Origin: Phoronis australis
Lineage: Eukaryota > Animalia > Phoronida
Assembly: GCA_002633005.1 (NCBI GenBank)
Contig: NMRA01000533.1
Span: forward strand, 62,001 to 126,000
DNA: 64,000 bases
Direction of reading: 5' to 3'
Part shown: piece after piece, positions 27,101 through 42,147 of the stretch
How positions within the stretch are numbered: position 1 is the stretch's first letter
How the letters are laid out: every line of letters begins with the position of its first letter
Position numbers and translations under genes: made by a program
Notes under the pieces: model-generated
What the model saw: the letters and a program-made list of their open reading frames with translations, nothing else
Database searches by the model: none
Told to the model about the DNA's origin: nothing

Positions 27101-28010
27101 GTAAGTTAATGTTATTATAAATACTAGGTAGTGTCATATTGCTATCGCTAGCTTGAACACTGATCACACATCCGATGTTTGATGACAACTGGCCTGTCCA
27201 AAGTAGTCCCAACAAAGGTGGTAGGATACACCACTCATTTCAGAACAGGGAATTTAATACCAACATTGCGGTTAAACCTTTGCAAAGGTCATGCAGCCAT
27301 AATCCAAACTCGGGTATCCACATGTGAGAAAGACCACCAAACTTACACGAAAATATCAGCAATTTTCCCAGTGACCGAACATATTTTCAATCATAAGTGA
27401 GGCATGTATGCGTTTTAGACGAAGACTGCATAGTTACATGTATACATGTAAATTCATCAAATTTTGATGAGGTGATTCTTAACCTGAGAATATCTCCAAG
27501 GTTTTGTGTAAAAGTCAAGTACATTTGGTTCAGTCAACTGTTTCTAAAACTCAAGCTACGTCTGAGGTTCATTGTTATCATTTTTGTCTTTTGTTGAAAA
27601 CGTTCCTTTTCAAAGAACTGAGGCTCTTTCCACGAAAATGTTTAAGTTCAAAAATTGCTTTAAGTTCAACTCTGGAGGTAAACATTTTTCGAGAACTGGC
27701 GAGTAGTGGGCTATGGCTTCAATCACCGGGTCATAGAAATGCTGGTAAGGGACACGCAAAATACACAATAATTGTCCACATGTATGTGGAAGGGACCCCT
27801 ATATCCATAGAAAACACAGTGATTTAAGGAATTGTGTTGAGCTAGGTATCTTTGAAATTGGAAGTCAGCGATGTTTGAAGGCCTATAGTCCGACTTAAAG
27901 AAGAAAAAAATCTTAAAGCCGTTTGAGCGGTGTTTTCTATGAAGGAAACATTAAAGGCTGTTAAGATTAAATACGTGCAAAAATTGAAGAAAAGTCGAAC
28001 GAAAAAAAAC

Positions 28011-28558
28011 NNNNNNNNNNNNNNNNNNNNNNNNNNNNNNNNNNNNNNNNNNNNNNNNNNNNNNNNNNNNNNNNNNNNNNNNNNNNNNNNNNNNNNNNNN
28101 NNNNNNNNNNNNNNNNNNNNNNNNNNNNNNNNNNNNNNNNNNNNNNNNNNNNNNNNNNNNNNNNNNNNNNNNNNNNNNNNNNNNNNNNNNNNNNNNNNNN
28201 NNNNNNNNNNNNNNNNNNNNNNNNNNNNNNNNNNNNNNNNNNNNNNNNNNNNNNNNNNNNNNNNNNNNNNNNNNNNNNNNNNNNNNNNNNNNNNNNNNNN
28301 NNNNNNNNNNNNNNNNNNNNNNNNNNNNNNNNNNNNNNNNNNNNNNNNNNNNNNNNNNNNNNNNNNNNNNNNNNNNNNNNNNNNNNNNNNNNNNNNNNNN
28401 NNNNNNNNNNNNNNNNNNNNNNNNNNNNNNNNNNNNNNNNNNNNNNNNNNNNNNNNNNNNNNNNNNNNNNNNNNNNNNNNNNNNNNNNNNNNNNNNNNNN
28501 NNNNNNNNNNNNNNNNNNNNNNNNNNNNNNNNNNNNNNNNNNNNNNNNNNNNNNNNNN
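28011..28558. other. Assembly gap; further single-N joins at 34919, 38851, 40002 and 41338
   Basis: Runs of n in the sequence. Confidence 1.
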
Positions 28559-28949
28559 ATTAACTTCATAGTGTCTTCACTTCAGAGAAGGTATTGTGAA
28601 AAGATACTGAGATATGATACTGTAAACACATGCTAAAATCATACAAACTGTGTATAAACATGCTAAATGCAAGTTTAGGATGTTTCAGTTATTAAAACAA
28701 ATATGCTTGTTGTTTACTCAATCGTACTTACGCTATTGGGTTACTTTCGGAAAAGGGAAACTGCTCACTGATTCGAGTACCTCTAGTTGAGTAGTTACCA
28801 GGTCTTCAAACTATGTGTAATTGTTCAATCACTATAAAATTCGACTCTATTGACATATATAATAGGTAAAATTAGTCATGAATCTAAGTTTTTGGTCGAT
28901 CTGCCTTGTTTTTCTAAACAAACTACACGTTAGCATTGGATAATTATAG

Positions 28950-29126
28950 GAAAAAAATGCGGAAAGCCAGACAACAACCACAATACAGCTGTTAAGGCTA
29001 ACTCGGAGCTTTATGAAGGAACGGCCCAATATTCATGCAACACAGGATTTGAGCAGTCAGGTGGTAACTCAACACGTACCTGCGACGCTAATGGAAAATG
29101 GACGGGAGTACCACTTAAATGTGCTA
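28950..29126 (+). CDS. Sushi/CCP exon, variant A (KKCGKPDNNHNTAVKANSELYEGTAQYSCNTGFEQSGGNSTRTCDANGKWTGVPLKCA)
   Basis: 177 nt, TAG acceptor, GTAAGT donor, phase 1-1, open frame, 4 Cys + Trp. Confidence 0.9.
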
Positions 29127-31482
29127 GTAAGTTAATATTATTATAAATACTTGGTAGTGTCATATTGCTATCGCTAGCTTGAACACTGATCACACATTCA
29201 ATGTTTGATGACAACTACCCTTTCCAAAGTAGTTCCAACAAAGGCGGTAGGCTACATCATCCATTTCAGAACAGGGAATTTAAAACCAAAATGGCGGTTA
29301 AACTTTTGCAAAGCTTATGCGGCCATATTCCAAACTGGGATATCTACATGTGAGAAAGAGAGCCAAACTTACACTTAAATATCAGTAATTTTCCAAGTGA
29401 CCGAACATATTTCCAGTCTTAAGTGAGGCAGGCATGCGTTTTAGATGTAGACTACATAGTTATGCATGTATATATTCAAATTTTGATGAGGTGATTATTA
29501 ACCTGAGAATATCTAAAAGTTTTTGTGTAAAAGTCAAGTACATTTGGTTCAGTCAACTGTTTCTGAAAATCAAACTACGTCTGAGGCTCATTGTTATCAT
29601 TTTTGTCTTTTGTTGAAGACATTCCTTTTCAAAGAACTGATGCTCATTCCACGAAAATGTGTAAGTTCGAAAGTTGCTTCATGTTCAACTCTGGAAGCAA
29701 ATAGTTTTCGAGAACTCGCAAGTAGTGGGTTATGGCTGCAATCACCGAGTCATAGAAATTCTGGTAAGGGACACGCAAAACACACAATAATTGCATATGG
29801 AACGGACCCCTATATCCATAGAAAACACCGTGATTTAAGCAATTGATTTGAGCTAAGTATCATTGAAAGTGTAACGAAGCAAAAACGGCCAACGCCGAAT
29901 TCAGCGATATTTAAAGGCCTATAGTCCGACTTAAAGAAGAAAAAAGATCTTAAAACCGTTTCAGCCGTTTTTTTGGTTTGAAAGAAACATTAAAAAGCTA
30001 ATATGTATGAATACGTGCAAAAAATTTGAAAAAAAATCGAACGAATAAAACCTTTAAAAGAAATAAAATGAGTGTCATTGTCATACATTTATATATTTCA
30101 ACAACGCATAGGCATTTACAGAAGTCAAAATAAATACAAATGGGGGACACTGGTAGAGTACAGCCGAATTCGAAACGCCGGCGTCCTGCTCTACGAGATT
30201 CGGAAAAAAACAAGAGTGTCATTACAAAAAGCCGAATTACCAACATAAACGACGTGTTCGCGAACTCATTTAACATTTTGCAAGGTTCAAGAAATTTATC
30301 TAAGGAAATCTGGATAAAAAGCTGCCTCCTTGGTTTAGCTGTAAGGAAACTGATGTAGAAATTGATTTGATCACCATAGAAACATATTTGCAAAAATTAA
30401 TTAAGCCTCTTTAAGAGGTTCTTCAGGTAAAACTTTGTACTGCCCGTGGTCAGGCATAGTACCTTATGCGATGGTGTGTCCACTCAATCGGCTTTTGCTT
30501 GAAAACAATAACTTTTTTCTCATTTCCGGATGGGAAAATATGATTAGAATTCACCAACGCTCTTAAAACTGGCCCCAAAATTACCGAATCATGAGACTTC
30601 AATGAATTTTAATGGAAAGTTTTATGAAAATCATAAGACTGATTTCAAATAGAGCAGTTCAATTTCTACATCAATGTGTTTTCCATTTCCTTTAAGCCCT
30701 TGAAACAATTTCGCGAACAAAACCTCTCTTACCAAATAGGGGCTGTTGTGGTTCAAAACATCCATGGTGTTTTAACTTCAAAAAGAAGGCCCCGATCTAT
30801 TTAAATATACGTTTTGAACATACCTCACTGTGATGTATAAACACCTACGTTTTTTCAAGATTGGCGATCCTAGAGTCAAAGGTTTGGTGTTCTCGTAGAA
30901 TGACCGTGAAGTTGCTAATGAAATTCATGGCACGATAAAACATGGAAACTTAGTGCTATACCATGTTTGTAACCCAAATTCCTCTACGAATATTAAAGGA
31001 ATTTTATTTTTCGAAGCAATGAGAATCGAAAAATCATAATGGCCTGCACATTTTCCAAGAAAATTTGTAGACTATGTGCTTAGTAATTGAAATTAACTTC
31101 ATAGTGTCTTCACTTCCGAGAAGGTATTGTGAAAAGATACGGAGATATGACACTGTAAACACATGTTAAAATCATATAAATTGTATATAAATATGCTAAA
31201 TGAAAGTTTTGGATGGTTCAGTTATTTTACCAAATATGATCCTTGTTTACTCAATGGTAGTTACGCTATTGGGTTATTTTCGGAAAAGGGAAATTGCTCA
31301 CTGATTCTAGTACCTCTAGTTGAGTAGTTTGCAGTTCTCCAAACTATGTGTAATTGTTCAATCACTATAAAATTCGATTCTGTTGACATATATAATAGGG
31401 AAAATTAGTCATGAATCTAAGTTTTTGGTCGATCTGCCTTGTTTTTCTAAATAAAGTACACGCTAGCATTGGATAATTATAG

Positions 31483-31659
31483 GAAAAAACTGCGGAAAGG
31501 CAGACAAGAAAAACAATACAGATGTTAAGGCTAACTCGGAGCTTTATGAAGGAACGGCTCAATATTCATGCAACACAGGATTTAAGCAGTCAGGTGGTAA
31601 CTCAACACGTACCTGCGACGCTAATGGAAAATGGACGGGAGTACCACTTGAATGTGCTA
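31483..31659 (+). CDS. Sushi/CCP exon, variant B (KNCGKADKKNNTDVKANSELYEGTAQYSCNTGFKQSGGNSTRTCDANGKWTGVPLECA)
   Basis: 177 nt, intact splice sites, open frame. Confidence 0.9.
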
Positions 31660-33394
31660 GTAAGTTAATATTATTATAAATACTAGGTAGTGTCATATTG
31701 GTATCGCTAGCTTGAACACTGATCACACATTCGATGTTTGATGACAACTGGCCTTTCCAAAGTAGTTCCAACAAAGATTGTAGGATACACCATTCTTTTC
31801 AGAACCGGGAATTTAACACCAAAATTGCGGTTAAACTTTTGCAAAGCTTATGCGGCAATATTCCAAAATGGGATATCTACATTGCACATGTGAGAAAGAC
31901 CACCAAACTTACACGAAAATATCAGCAATTTTCCAAGTGACCGAACATATTTCGACGTGTTCGCGAACTTATTGAAGATTTTGCAAGAATTTTGTCGATG
32001 GACAAGTTTTGCGTGTAAGTGTGCTGTTTGTAAAATGTTCAGTGACTCCCATGCACAACTAGAGCATTCACTGGGTAACTAATTTCAGTCAGCATACATC
32101 AGACTCAAATCATCATGATCAGAGGCAATTTGATCATCTGTTCAGTTTTTGTCCTGCAATTTGTGGCCATAATGTTACACCCTCTTATTGATTCATGTGC
32201 CATCGTTTCCTTCCAGGAAACGCTTTGACCAAAGTTCACGGAATTTCTCTAAGGAAATCTAGATAAAAAGCTGCCACATTGGATCTAGCTGTTGTGAAAC
32301 TGATGTAAAAATTGAATTGATCACCATAGAAACGTACTTGCAAAAATTAATGAAGCCTATTTATGAGGTTCTTTTGATAAACCTGCGTACTGCCCGTGGT
32401 CAGGCATTGTACCATATGCGATGGTGTGTTCATTCAATCAGCTGTTGCTTGAAAATAGTCACTATTTTCTCATTTCCGGTTGGGAAAACTTAATGTGAAC
32501 TTATCAATACTCTTAAAACTGGCCCCAAAATTACCGAATCAGGAGACTCTAATGAAATTTATTGGTAAGATTTATTAAAATACCAAGACCGATTTCAAAT
32601 AGAGAAGTTCATTTTGTACATCAATATGTTTTTCATTTCCTTTAAGCCTCTTTAAACAATTTCGCTAACTTAACCACTTTTATCAAAAATGGGATGTTTT
32701 GTTTCAAAACATCCATGATGTTTTAACTTCAAAAATAAATGCTCCAATCTATTTAAATAGACGTTTGGAACATACCTCACTGTGATGCATAACCATCTAC
32801 GTTTTTTCAAGATCGGTGATCCTAGAGTCAAAGGTTGCCTGTTCTCGAGGAATGACAGTAAATTTGCTAATGAAATTCATGGTTCGATAAAACATGGAAA
32901 CTTAGTGTTAAACCATATTTTAAACCCAAATTCCTCAATCAATATTAAAGGAATTTTTTTTTAGAAGCAATGAGAATCAAAAAAAATCATAATGGCTTGC
33001 AAATTTGCAAAGAAAATTTATAAACTATATGCTTAGTAATTGCAATTAACTTCATAGTGTGTTCACTTCCAGGAAGGTATTCTGAAAAGATACTGAGATT
33101 TGATACCGTAAGCACATACTAAAATCATATAAAGTTTATATAAATATGCTAAATGAAAGTTTTTGATGTTTCAGTTACGCTAGTGTCTTACTTTGGAAAG
33201 GGAAATTGCTCACTGATTCGAGAACCTCTACTTGAGCAGTTTGCAGGTCTCCAAACCATGTGCAATTGTTCAATCACTATAGAATTCGATCCTACTGTCA
33301 TTTAAAATAGGGATTATTAGTCATGAATCTAAGTTTTTGGTCGATCTACCTTGTTTTTCTAAATAAACTACACGCTAGCATTGGATAATTATAG

Positions 33395-33571
33395 GAAAAA
33401 ACTGCGGAAAGCCAGAAAACAAAAACAATACAGCTGTTAAGGCTAACTCGGAGCTTTATGAAGGAACGGCCCAATATTCATGCCACACAGGATTTGAGCA
33501 GTCAGGTGGTAACTCAACACGTACCTGCGACGCTAATGGAAAATGGACAGGAGTACCACTTGAATGTGCTA
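33395..33571 (+). CDS. Sushi/CCP exon, variant C (KNCGKPENKNNTAVKANSELYEGTAQYSCHTGFEQSGGNSTRTCDANGKWTGVPLECA)
   Basis: 177 nt, intact splice sites, open frame. Confidence 0.9.
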
Positions 33572-36360
33572 GTAAGTTAATATTATTATAAATACTAGGT
33601 AGTGTCATATTGCTATCGCTAGCTTGAACACTGATCACACATCCGATGTTTGATGACAACTGGCCTGTCCAAAGTAGTCCCAACAAAGGTGGTAGGATAC
33701 ACCACTCATTTCAGAACAGGGAATTTAATACCAACATTGCGGTTAAACCTTTGCAAAGGTCATGCGGCCATAATCCAAACTCGGGTATCCACATGTGAGA
33801 AAGAGCACCAAACTTACACGAAAATATCAGCAATTTTCCCAGTGACCGAACATATTTTCAATCATAAGTGAGGCATGCATGCGTTTTAGACGAAGACTGC
33901 ATAGTTACATGTATACATGTAAATTCATCAAATTTTGATGAGGTGATTCTTAACCTGAGAATATCTCCAAGGTTTTGTGTAAAAGTCAAGTACATTTGGT
34001 TCAGTCAACTGTTTCTAAAACTCAAGCTACGTCTGAGGTTCATTGTTTTCATTTTTGTCTTTTGTTGAAAACGTTCCTTTTCAAAGAACTGAGGCTCTTT
34101 CCACGAAAATGTTTAAGTTCAAAAATTGCTTTAAGTTCAACTCTGGAGGTAAACATTTTTCGAGAACTGGCGAGTAGTGGGCTATGGCTTCAATCACCGG
34201 GTCATAGAATTGCTGGTAAGGGACACGCAAAATACACAATAATTGTACACATGTATGTGGAAGGGACCCCTATATCCATAGAAAACACAGTGATTTAAGG
34301 AATTGAGTTGAGCTAGGTATCTTTGAAATTGGAAGTCAGCGATGTTTGAAGGCCTATAGTCCGACTTAAAGAAGAAAAAAATCTTAAAGCGGTTTGAGCG
34401 GTTTTTTCTATGAAGGAAACATTAAAGGCTGTTAAGATTAAATACGTGCAAAAATTGAAGAAAAGTCGAACGAAAAAAAACTTTAAAAGAAGTAAAAATG
34501 AGTGTCATTGTAATACATTTAAACATTTCAACAACGTATGCGCATTTACAGAAGTCAAAATAAATACGAATGGGGGAACTAGTAGAGTAACGCCGAAGGC
34601 GAAACGCCGTCGTCCTGCTCTACGAGATTCGGAAAAAAACAAGAGTTTGCCAGTACAACAAGTGGCATTACCAACATAAACGACGTGTTCGCAAAATCAT
34701 TTAACATTTTGCTAGGATTCTTCCGATAGACAAGTTTTGCGTGTAAGTGTGGTGTTTGTAAAATGTTTAGTGACTACCATGCACAACTAGAGCATTCACT
34801 GGTTAACTAATTTTAGACAGCGTACATCAGACTCGAATCACCATGATTCAATCATGAGGCAATTTGATCATCTGTTCAGATTTTGTCCTGCAATTTGTGG
34901 CCATAGGGTTACACCCTCNTTTAACATTTTGCTAGGATTCTTCCGATAGACAAGTTTTGCGTGTAAGTGTGGTGTTTGTAAAATGTTTAGTGACTCCCAT
35001 GCACAACTAGAGCATTCACTGGTTAACTAATTTTAGACAGCGTACATCAGACTCGAATCATCATGATTCAATCATGAGGCAATTTGATCATCTGTTCAGA
35101 TTTTGTCCTGCAATTTGTGGCCATAGGGTTACACCCTCTTATTGAATCATGGGCCATCGTTTCCTGGAAGGAAACGCTTTGACCAAAGTTCACGAAATTT
35201 ATCTAAGGAAATCTAGATGTAAAGCTGTCACATTGGGTCTAGCTGTTGTGAAACTGATGTAAAAATGAATTGATCACCATAGAAACATATTTGCAAAAAT
35301 TAATAAAGCCTCTTTAAGTGGCTCTTTTGGTAAAACTGCGTACTGCCCGTGGTCAGATATTGTACCTTATGCGATGGTGTGTCCATTCAATCTCCTGTTG
35401 CTTGAAAAGAATAACGTTTTTCTCATTTCCGGATGGGAAAATATGATTAGAATTCACCAACACTCTTAAAACAGGTCCCAAAATTACCGAATCATGAGAC
35501 TCCAATGAATTTTAATGGAAACTTTTATCAAAATCCCAAGACTGATTTCAAATAGAGAAGTTCAATTTCTACATCAATGTGCTTTCCATTACCTTTAAGC
35601 CTCTTTAAACAATTTTGCGAACTAAACCTCTTTTACCAAAGAAGGACTGTTGTGGTTCAAAACATCCATGATGTTTTAACTTCAAAAAGAAAGGTCCCAA
35701 TCTATTTAAATAGACGTTTTGAACTAACCTCACTGTGATGTATAAACAAAGAGTCAAAGGTTTGGTGTTCTCGTGGAATGAACGTAAATTTGCTAATGAA
35801 ATTCATGGCACGATAAAACATTGAAAGTTAGGGCTAAACCATATTTGTAACCCAAAATCCTCTACGAATATTAAAGGAATTTTATTTTTCGAAACAATGA
35901 GAATTTAAAAATCATAATGGCCTGCAAATTTGCCAAGAAAATTTATAGAGTATGTGCTTAGTAATTGATATTAACTTCATAGTGTCTTCACTTCAGAGAA
36001 GGTATTGTGAAAAGATACTGAGATATGATACTGTAAACACATGCTAAAATCATACAAACTGTGTATAAACATGCTAAATGCAAGTTTAGGATGTTTCAGT
36101 TATTAAAACAAATATGCTTGTTGTTTACTCAATCGTACTTACGCTATTGGGTTACTTTCGGAAAAGGGAAACTGCTCACTGATTCGAGTACCTCTAGTTG
36201 AGTAGTTACCAGGTCTTCAAACTATGTGTAATTGTTCAATCACTATAAAATTCGACTCTATTGACATATATAATAGGTAAAATTAGTCATGAATCTAAGT
36301 TTTTGGTCGATCTGCCTTGTTTTTCTAAACAAACTACACGTTAGCATTGGATAATTATAG

Positions 36361-36537
36361 GAAAAAAATGCGGAAAGCCAGACAACAACCACAATACAGC
36401 TGTTAAGGCTAACTCGGAGCTTTATGAAGGAACGGCCCAATATTCATGCAACACAGGATTTGAGCAGTCAGGTGGTAACTCAACACGTACCTGCGACGCT
36501 AATGGAAAATGGACGGGAGTACCACTTAAATGTGCTA
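36361..36537 (+). CDS. Sushi/CCP exon, second copy of variant A
   Basis: 177 nt, identical by eye to 28950-29126, intact splice sites. Confidence 0.88.
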
Positions 36538-39018
36538 GTAAGTTAATATTATTATAAATAAAAGGTAGTGTCATATTGCTATCGCTAGCTTGAACACTGA
36601 TCACACATCCAATTTGATGACAACTATCCTTTCCAAAGTAGTTCCAACAAAGGCGGTAGGCTACACCATCCATTTCAGAACAGGGAATTTAAAACCAAAA
36701 TGGCGGTTAAACTTTTGCAAAGCTTATGCGGCCATATTCCAAACTGGGATATCTACATGTGAGAAAGAGCGCCAAACGTACACTTAAATATCAGTAATTT
36801 TCCAAGTGACCGAACATATTTCCAGTCTTAAGTGAGGCAGGCATGCGTTTTAGATGTAGACTACATAGTTATGCATGTATATCTTCAAATTTTCATGAGG
36901 TGATTATTAACCTGAGAATATCTAAAAGTTTTTGTGTAAAAGTCAAGTACATTTGGTTCAGTCAACTGTTTCTGAAAATCAAACTACGTCTGAGGTTCAT
37001 TGTTATCATTTTTGTCTTTTGTTGAAAACATTCCTTTTCAAAGAACTGAGGCTCATTCCACGAAAATGTGTAAGTTCAAAAGTAGCTTCATGTTCAACTC
37101 TGGAAGCAAATAGTTTTCGAGAACTCGCAAGTAGTGGGTTATGGCTGCAATCACCGAGTCATAGAAATTCTGGTAAGGGACACGCAAAACACACAATAAA
37201 TGCATGTGGAACGGACCCCTATATCCATAGAAAACACCGTGATTTAAGCAATTGATTTGAGCTAAGTATCATTGAAAGTGGGACGAAGCAAAAACGGCCA
37301 ACGCCGAATTCATCGATATTTAAAGGCCTATAGTCCGACTTAAAGAAGAAAAAAGATCTTAAAACCGTTTCAGCCATTTTTTGGTTTGAAAGAAACATTA
37401 AAAAGCTAATATGTATGAATACGTGCAAAAAATTTGAAAAAAAATCGAACGAATAAAACCTTTAAAAGAAATAAAATGAGTGTCATTGTCATACATTTAT
37501 ATATTTCAACAACGCATAGGCATTTACAGAAGTCAAAATAAATACAAATGGGGGACACTGGTAGAGTACAGCCGAATTCGAAACGCCGGCGTCCTGCTCT
37601 ACGAGATTCGGAAAAAAACAAGAGTGTCATTACAAAAAGCCGAATTACCAACATAAACGACGTGTTCGCGAACTCATTTAAAATTTTGCAAGGTTCAAGA
37701 AATTTATCTAAGGAAATCTGGATAAAAAGCCGCCTCCTTGGTCTAGCTTTAAGGAAACTGATGTAAAAATTGATTTGATCACCATAGAAACATATTTGCA
37801 AAAATTAATTAAGCCTCTTTAAGAGGTTCTTCAGGTAAAACTTTGTACTGCCCGTGGTCAGGCATTGTACCTTATGCGATGGTGTGTCCATTCAATCGGC
37901 TTTTGCTTGAAAACAATAACTTTATTCTCATTTCCGGATGGGAAAATATGATTAGAATTCACCAACGCTCTTAAAACTGGCCCCAAAATTACCGAATCAT
38001 GAGACTTCAATGAATTTTAATGGAAAGTTTTATGAAAATCATAAGACTGATTTCAAATAGAGCAGTTCAATTTCTACATCAACGTGTTTTCCATTTCCTT
38101 TAAGCCCTTGAAACAATTTCGCGAACTAAACCTCTCTTACCAAATAGGGGCTGTTGTGGTTCAAAACATCCATGGTGTTTTAACTTCAAAAAGAAGGCCC
38201 CGATCTATTTAAATATACGTTTTGAACATACCTCACTGTGATGTATAAACACCTACGTTTTTTCAAGATTGGCGATCCTAGAGTCAAAGGTTTGGTGTTC
38301 TCGTGGAATGACCGTGAAGTTGCTAATGAAATTCATGGCACGATAAAGCATGGAAACTTAGTGCTATACCATATTTGTAACCCAAATTCCTCTACGAATA
38401 TTAAAGGAATTTTATTTTTCGAAGCAATGAGAAACGAAAAATCATAATGGCCTGCACATTTGCCAAGAAAATTTGTAGACTATGTGCTTAGTAATTGAAA
38501 TTAACTTCATAGTGTCTTCACTTCCGAGAAGGTATTGTGAAAAGATACGGAGATATGACACTGTAAACACATGTTAAAATCATATAAATTGTATATAAGT
38601 ATGCTAAATGAAAGTTTTGGATGGTTCAGTTATTTTACCAAATATGATCCATGTTTACTCAATGGTAGTTACGCTATTAGGTTATTTTCGGAATAGGGAA
38701 ATTGCTCACTGATTCGAGTACCTCTAGTTGAGTAGTTTGCAGTTCTCCAAACTATGTGTAATTGTTCAATCAATATAAAATTCGATTCTGTTGACATATA
38801 TAATAGGGAAAATTAGTCATGAATCTAAGTTTTTGGTCGATCTGCCTTGTNCTAGTTGAGCAGTTTGCAGGTCTCCAAACCATGTGCAATTGTTCAATGA
38901 CTATAAAATTCGATCCTACTGTCATTTCAAATAGGGATTATTAGTCATGAATCTAAGTTTTTGGTCGATTTACCTTGTTTTTTTAAATAAACTACACGCT
39001 AGCATTGGATAATTATAG

Positions 39019-39195
39019 GAAAAAACTGCGGAAAGCCAGAAAACAAAAACAATACAGCTGTTAAGGCTAACTCGGAGCTTTATGAAGGAACGGCCCAATA
39101 TTCATGCAACACAGGATTTGAGCAGTCAGGTGGTAACTCAACACGTACCTGCGACGCTAATGGAAAATGGACTGGAGTACCACTTGAATGTGCTA
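39019..39195 (+). CDS. Sushi/CCP exon, variant D (KNCGKPENKNNTAVKANSELYEGTAQYSCNTGFEQSGGNSTRTCDANGKWTGVPLECA)
   Basis: 177 nt, intact splice sites, open frame. Confidence 0.9.
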
Positions 39196-41970
39196 GTAAG
39201 TTTATATTATTATAAATACTAGGTAGTGTCATATTGCTATCGCTAGCTTGAACACTGATCACACATTCAATGTTTGATGACAACTGGCCTTTCCAAAGTA
39301 GTTCCAACAAAGATTGTAGGCTACACCGTTCTTTTCAGAACCGGGAATTTAAAACCAAAATTGCGGTTAAACTTCTGCAAAACTTATGCGGCCATATTCC
39401 AAAATGGGATATCTACATTGCACATGTGAGAAAGACCACCAAACTTACACGAAAATATCAGCAACTTTCCAAGTGACCGAACATATTTCGACGTGTTCGC
39501 GAACTCATTGAAGATTTTGCAAGAATTTTGTCGATGGACAAGTTTTGCGTGTAAGTGTGCTGTTTGTAAAATGTTCAGTCACTCCCATGCACAACTAGAC
39601 CATTCACTGGGTAACTAATTTCAGTCAGCATACATCAGACTCAAATCATCATGATCAGAGCCAATTTGATCATCTGTTCAGTTTTTGTCCTGGGATTTGT
39701 GGCCATAGGGTTACACCCTCTTATTGATTCATGTGCCATCGTTTCCTGGAAGGAAATGCTTTGACCAAAGTTCACGAAATTTCTCTAAGGAAATCTAGAT
39801 AAAAAGCTGCCACATTGGGTCTAGCTGTTGTGAAACTGATGTAAACGTTGAATTGATCACCATAGAACAATACTTGCAAAAAATAATGAAGCCTCTTTAT
39901 GAGGTTCTTTTGATAAAACTGCGCACTGCCCGTGGTCAGGCATTGTACCTTATGCGATGGTGTGTCCATTCAATCAGCTGTTGCTTGAAAACAATCACTA
40001 TNATTGCTATCGCTAGCTTGAACACTGATCACACATTCGAATGTTTGATGACAACTAGCCTTTCGAAAGTAGTTCCAATAGAGATTGTAGGCTACACCGT
40101 TCTTTTCAGAACCGGGAATTTAAAACCAAAATTGCGGTTAAACTTTTGCAAAACTTATGCAGCCATGTTCCAAAATGGGATATCTACATTGCACATGTGA
40201 GAAAGACCACCAAACTCACACGAAAATATCAGCAATTTTCCAAGTGACCGAACATATTTCGACGTGTTCGCGAACTCATTGAAGATTTTGCAAGAATTTT
40301 GTCGATGGACACATTTTGCGTGTAAGTGTGCTGTTTGTAAAATGTTCAGTGACTCCCATGCACAACTACACCATTCGCTGGGTAACTAATTTCAGTCAGC
40401 ATACATCAGACTCAAATCATCATGATCAGAGGCAATTTGATCATCTGTTCAGTTTTTGTCCTGCAATTTGTGGCCATAATTTTACACCTTCTTATTGATT
40501 CATGTGTCATCGTTTCCTGGAAGCAAACGCTTTGACCAAAGTTCACGGAATTTCTCTAAGGAAATCTAGATAAAAAGCTGCCACATTGGATCTAGCTGTT
40601 GTGAAACTGATGTAAAAATTGAATTGATCACCATAGAAACATACTTGCAAAAATTAATGAAGCCTATTTATGAGGTTCTTTTGATAAACCTGCGTACTGC
40701 CCGTGGTCAGGCATTGTACCATATGCGATGGTGTGTCAATTCAATTAGCTGTTGCTTGAAATTGGTCACTATTTTCTCATTTCTGGTTGGGTAAGCATAA
40801 TGTGAATTTACCAATTATCTTAAAACTGGCCCCGAAATTACTGAATCAGGAGACTCTAATGAAATTTAATGGGAAGTTTTATTAAATTCCCAAGACTGAT
40901 TTCAAATAGAGAAGTTCATTTTGTACATCAATATATTTTTCATTTCCTTTAAGCCTCTTTAAACAATTTCGCTAACTTAACCACTTTTATCAAAAATGGG
41001 ATGTTTTGGCTCAAAACATCCATGATGTTTTAACTTCAAAAATAAATGCTCCAATCTATTTAAATAGACGTTTTGAACATACCTCACTGTGATGCATAAC
41101 CACATACGTTTTTTCAAGATCGGTGATCCTAGAGTCAAAGGTTGCCTGTTCTCGAGGAATGACAGTAAATTTGCTAATGAAATACATGGCTCGATAAAAC
41201 ATGGAAATTTAGTGTTAAACCATATTTTAAACCCAAATTCCTTAACGGATACTAAAGGAATTTTTTTTCGAAGCAATGAGAATCAAAAAAAATCATAATG
41301 GCTTGCAAATTTGCAAAGAAAATTTATAAACTATATGNTTTGAACATACCTCACTGTGATGCATAACCACATACGTTTTTTTAAGATCGGTGATCCTAGA
41401 GTCAAAGGTTGCCTGTTCTCGAGGAATGACAGTAAATTTGCTAATGAAATTCATGGCTCGATAAAACATGGAAATTTAGTTTTAAACCATATTTTAAACC
41501 CAAATTCCTCAACGAATATTAAAGGAATTTTTTTTTTCGAAGCAATGAGAATCAAAAAAAATCATAATGGCTTGCAAATTTGCAAAGAAAATTTATAAAC
41601 TATATGCTTAGTAATTGCAATTAACTTCATGGTGTGTTCACTTCCGGGAAGGTATTCTGAAAAGATACTGAGATATGATACCGTAAACACATACTAAAAT
41701 CATATAAAGTGTATATAAATATGCTAAATGAAAGATTTTGATGTTTCAGTTACGCTAGTGTCTTACTTTCGGATAGGGAAATTGCTCACTGAATCGAGAA
41801 CCTCTAGTTGAGCAGTTTGCAGGTCTCCAAACCATGTGCAATTGTTCAATCACTATAAAATTCGATCCTACTGTCATTGAAATTATGGATTATTAGTCAT
41901 GAATCTAAGTTTTTGGTCGATCTACCTTGTTTTTCTAAATAAACTACACGCTAGCATTGGATAATTATAG

Positions 41971-42147
41971 GAAAAAACTGCGGAAAACCAGAAAACAAAA
42001 ACAATACAGCTGTTAAGGCTAACTCGGAGCTTTATGAAGGAACGGCCCAATATTCATGCAACACAGGATTTGAGCAGTCAGGTGGTAGCTCAACACGTAC
42101 CTGCGACGCTAATGGAAAATGGACTGGAGTACCACTTGAATGTGCTA
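41971..42147 (+). CDS. Sushi/CCP exon, variant E (as D but GGSST instead of GGNST)
   Basis: 177 nt, intact splice sites, open frame. Confidence 0.9.

Noticed and set aside
27930-28571. 200-213 aa ORFs on both strands
   Set aside because: Artefacts of translating the N gap.
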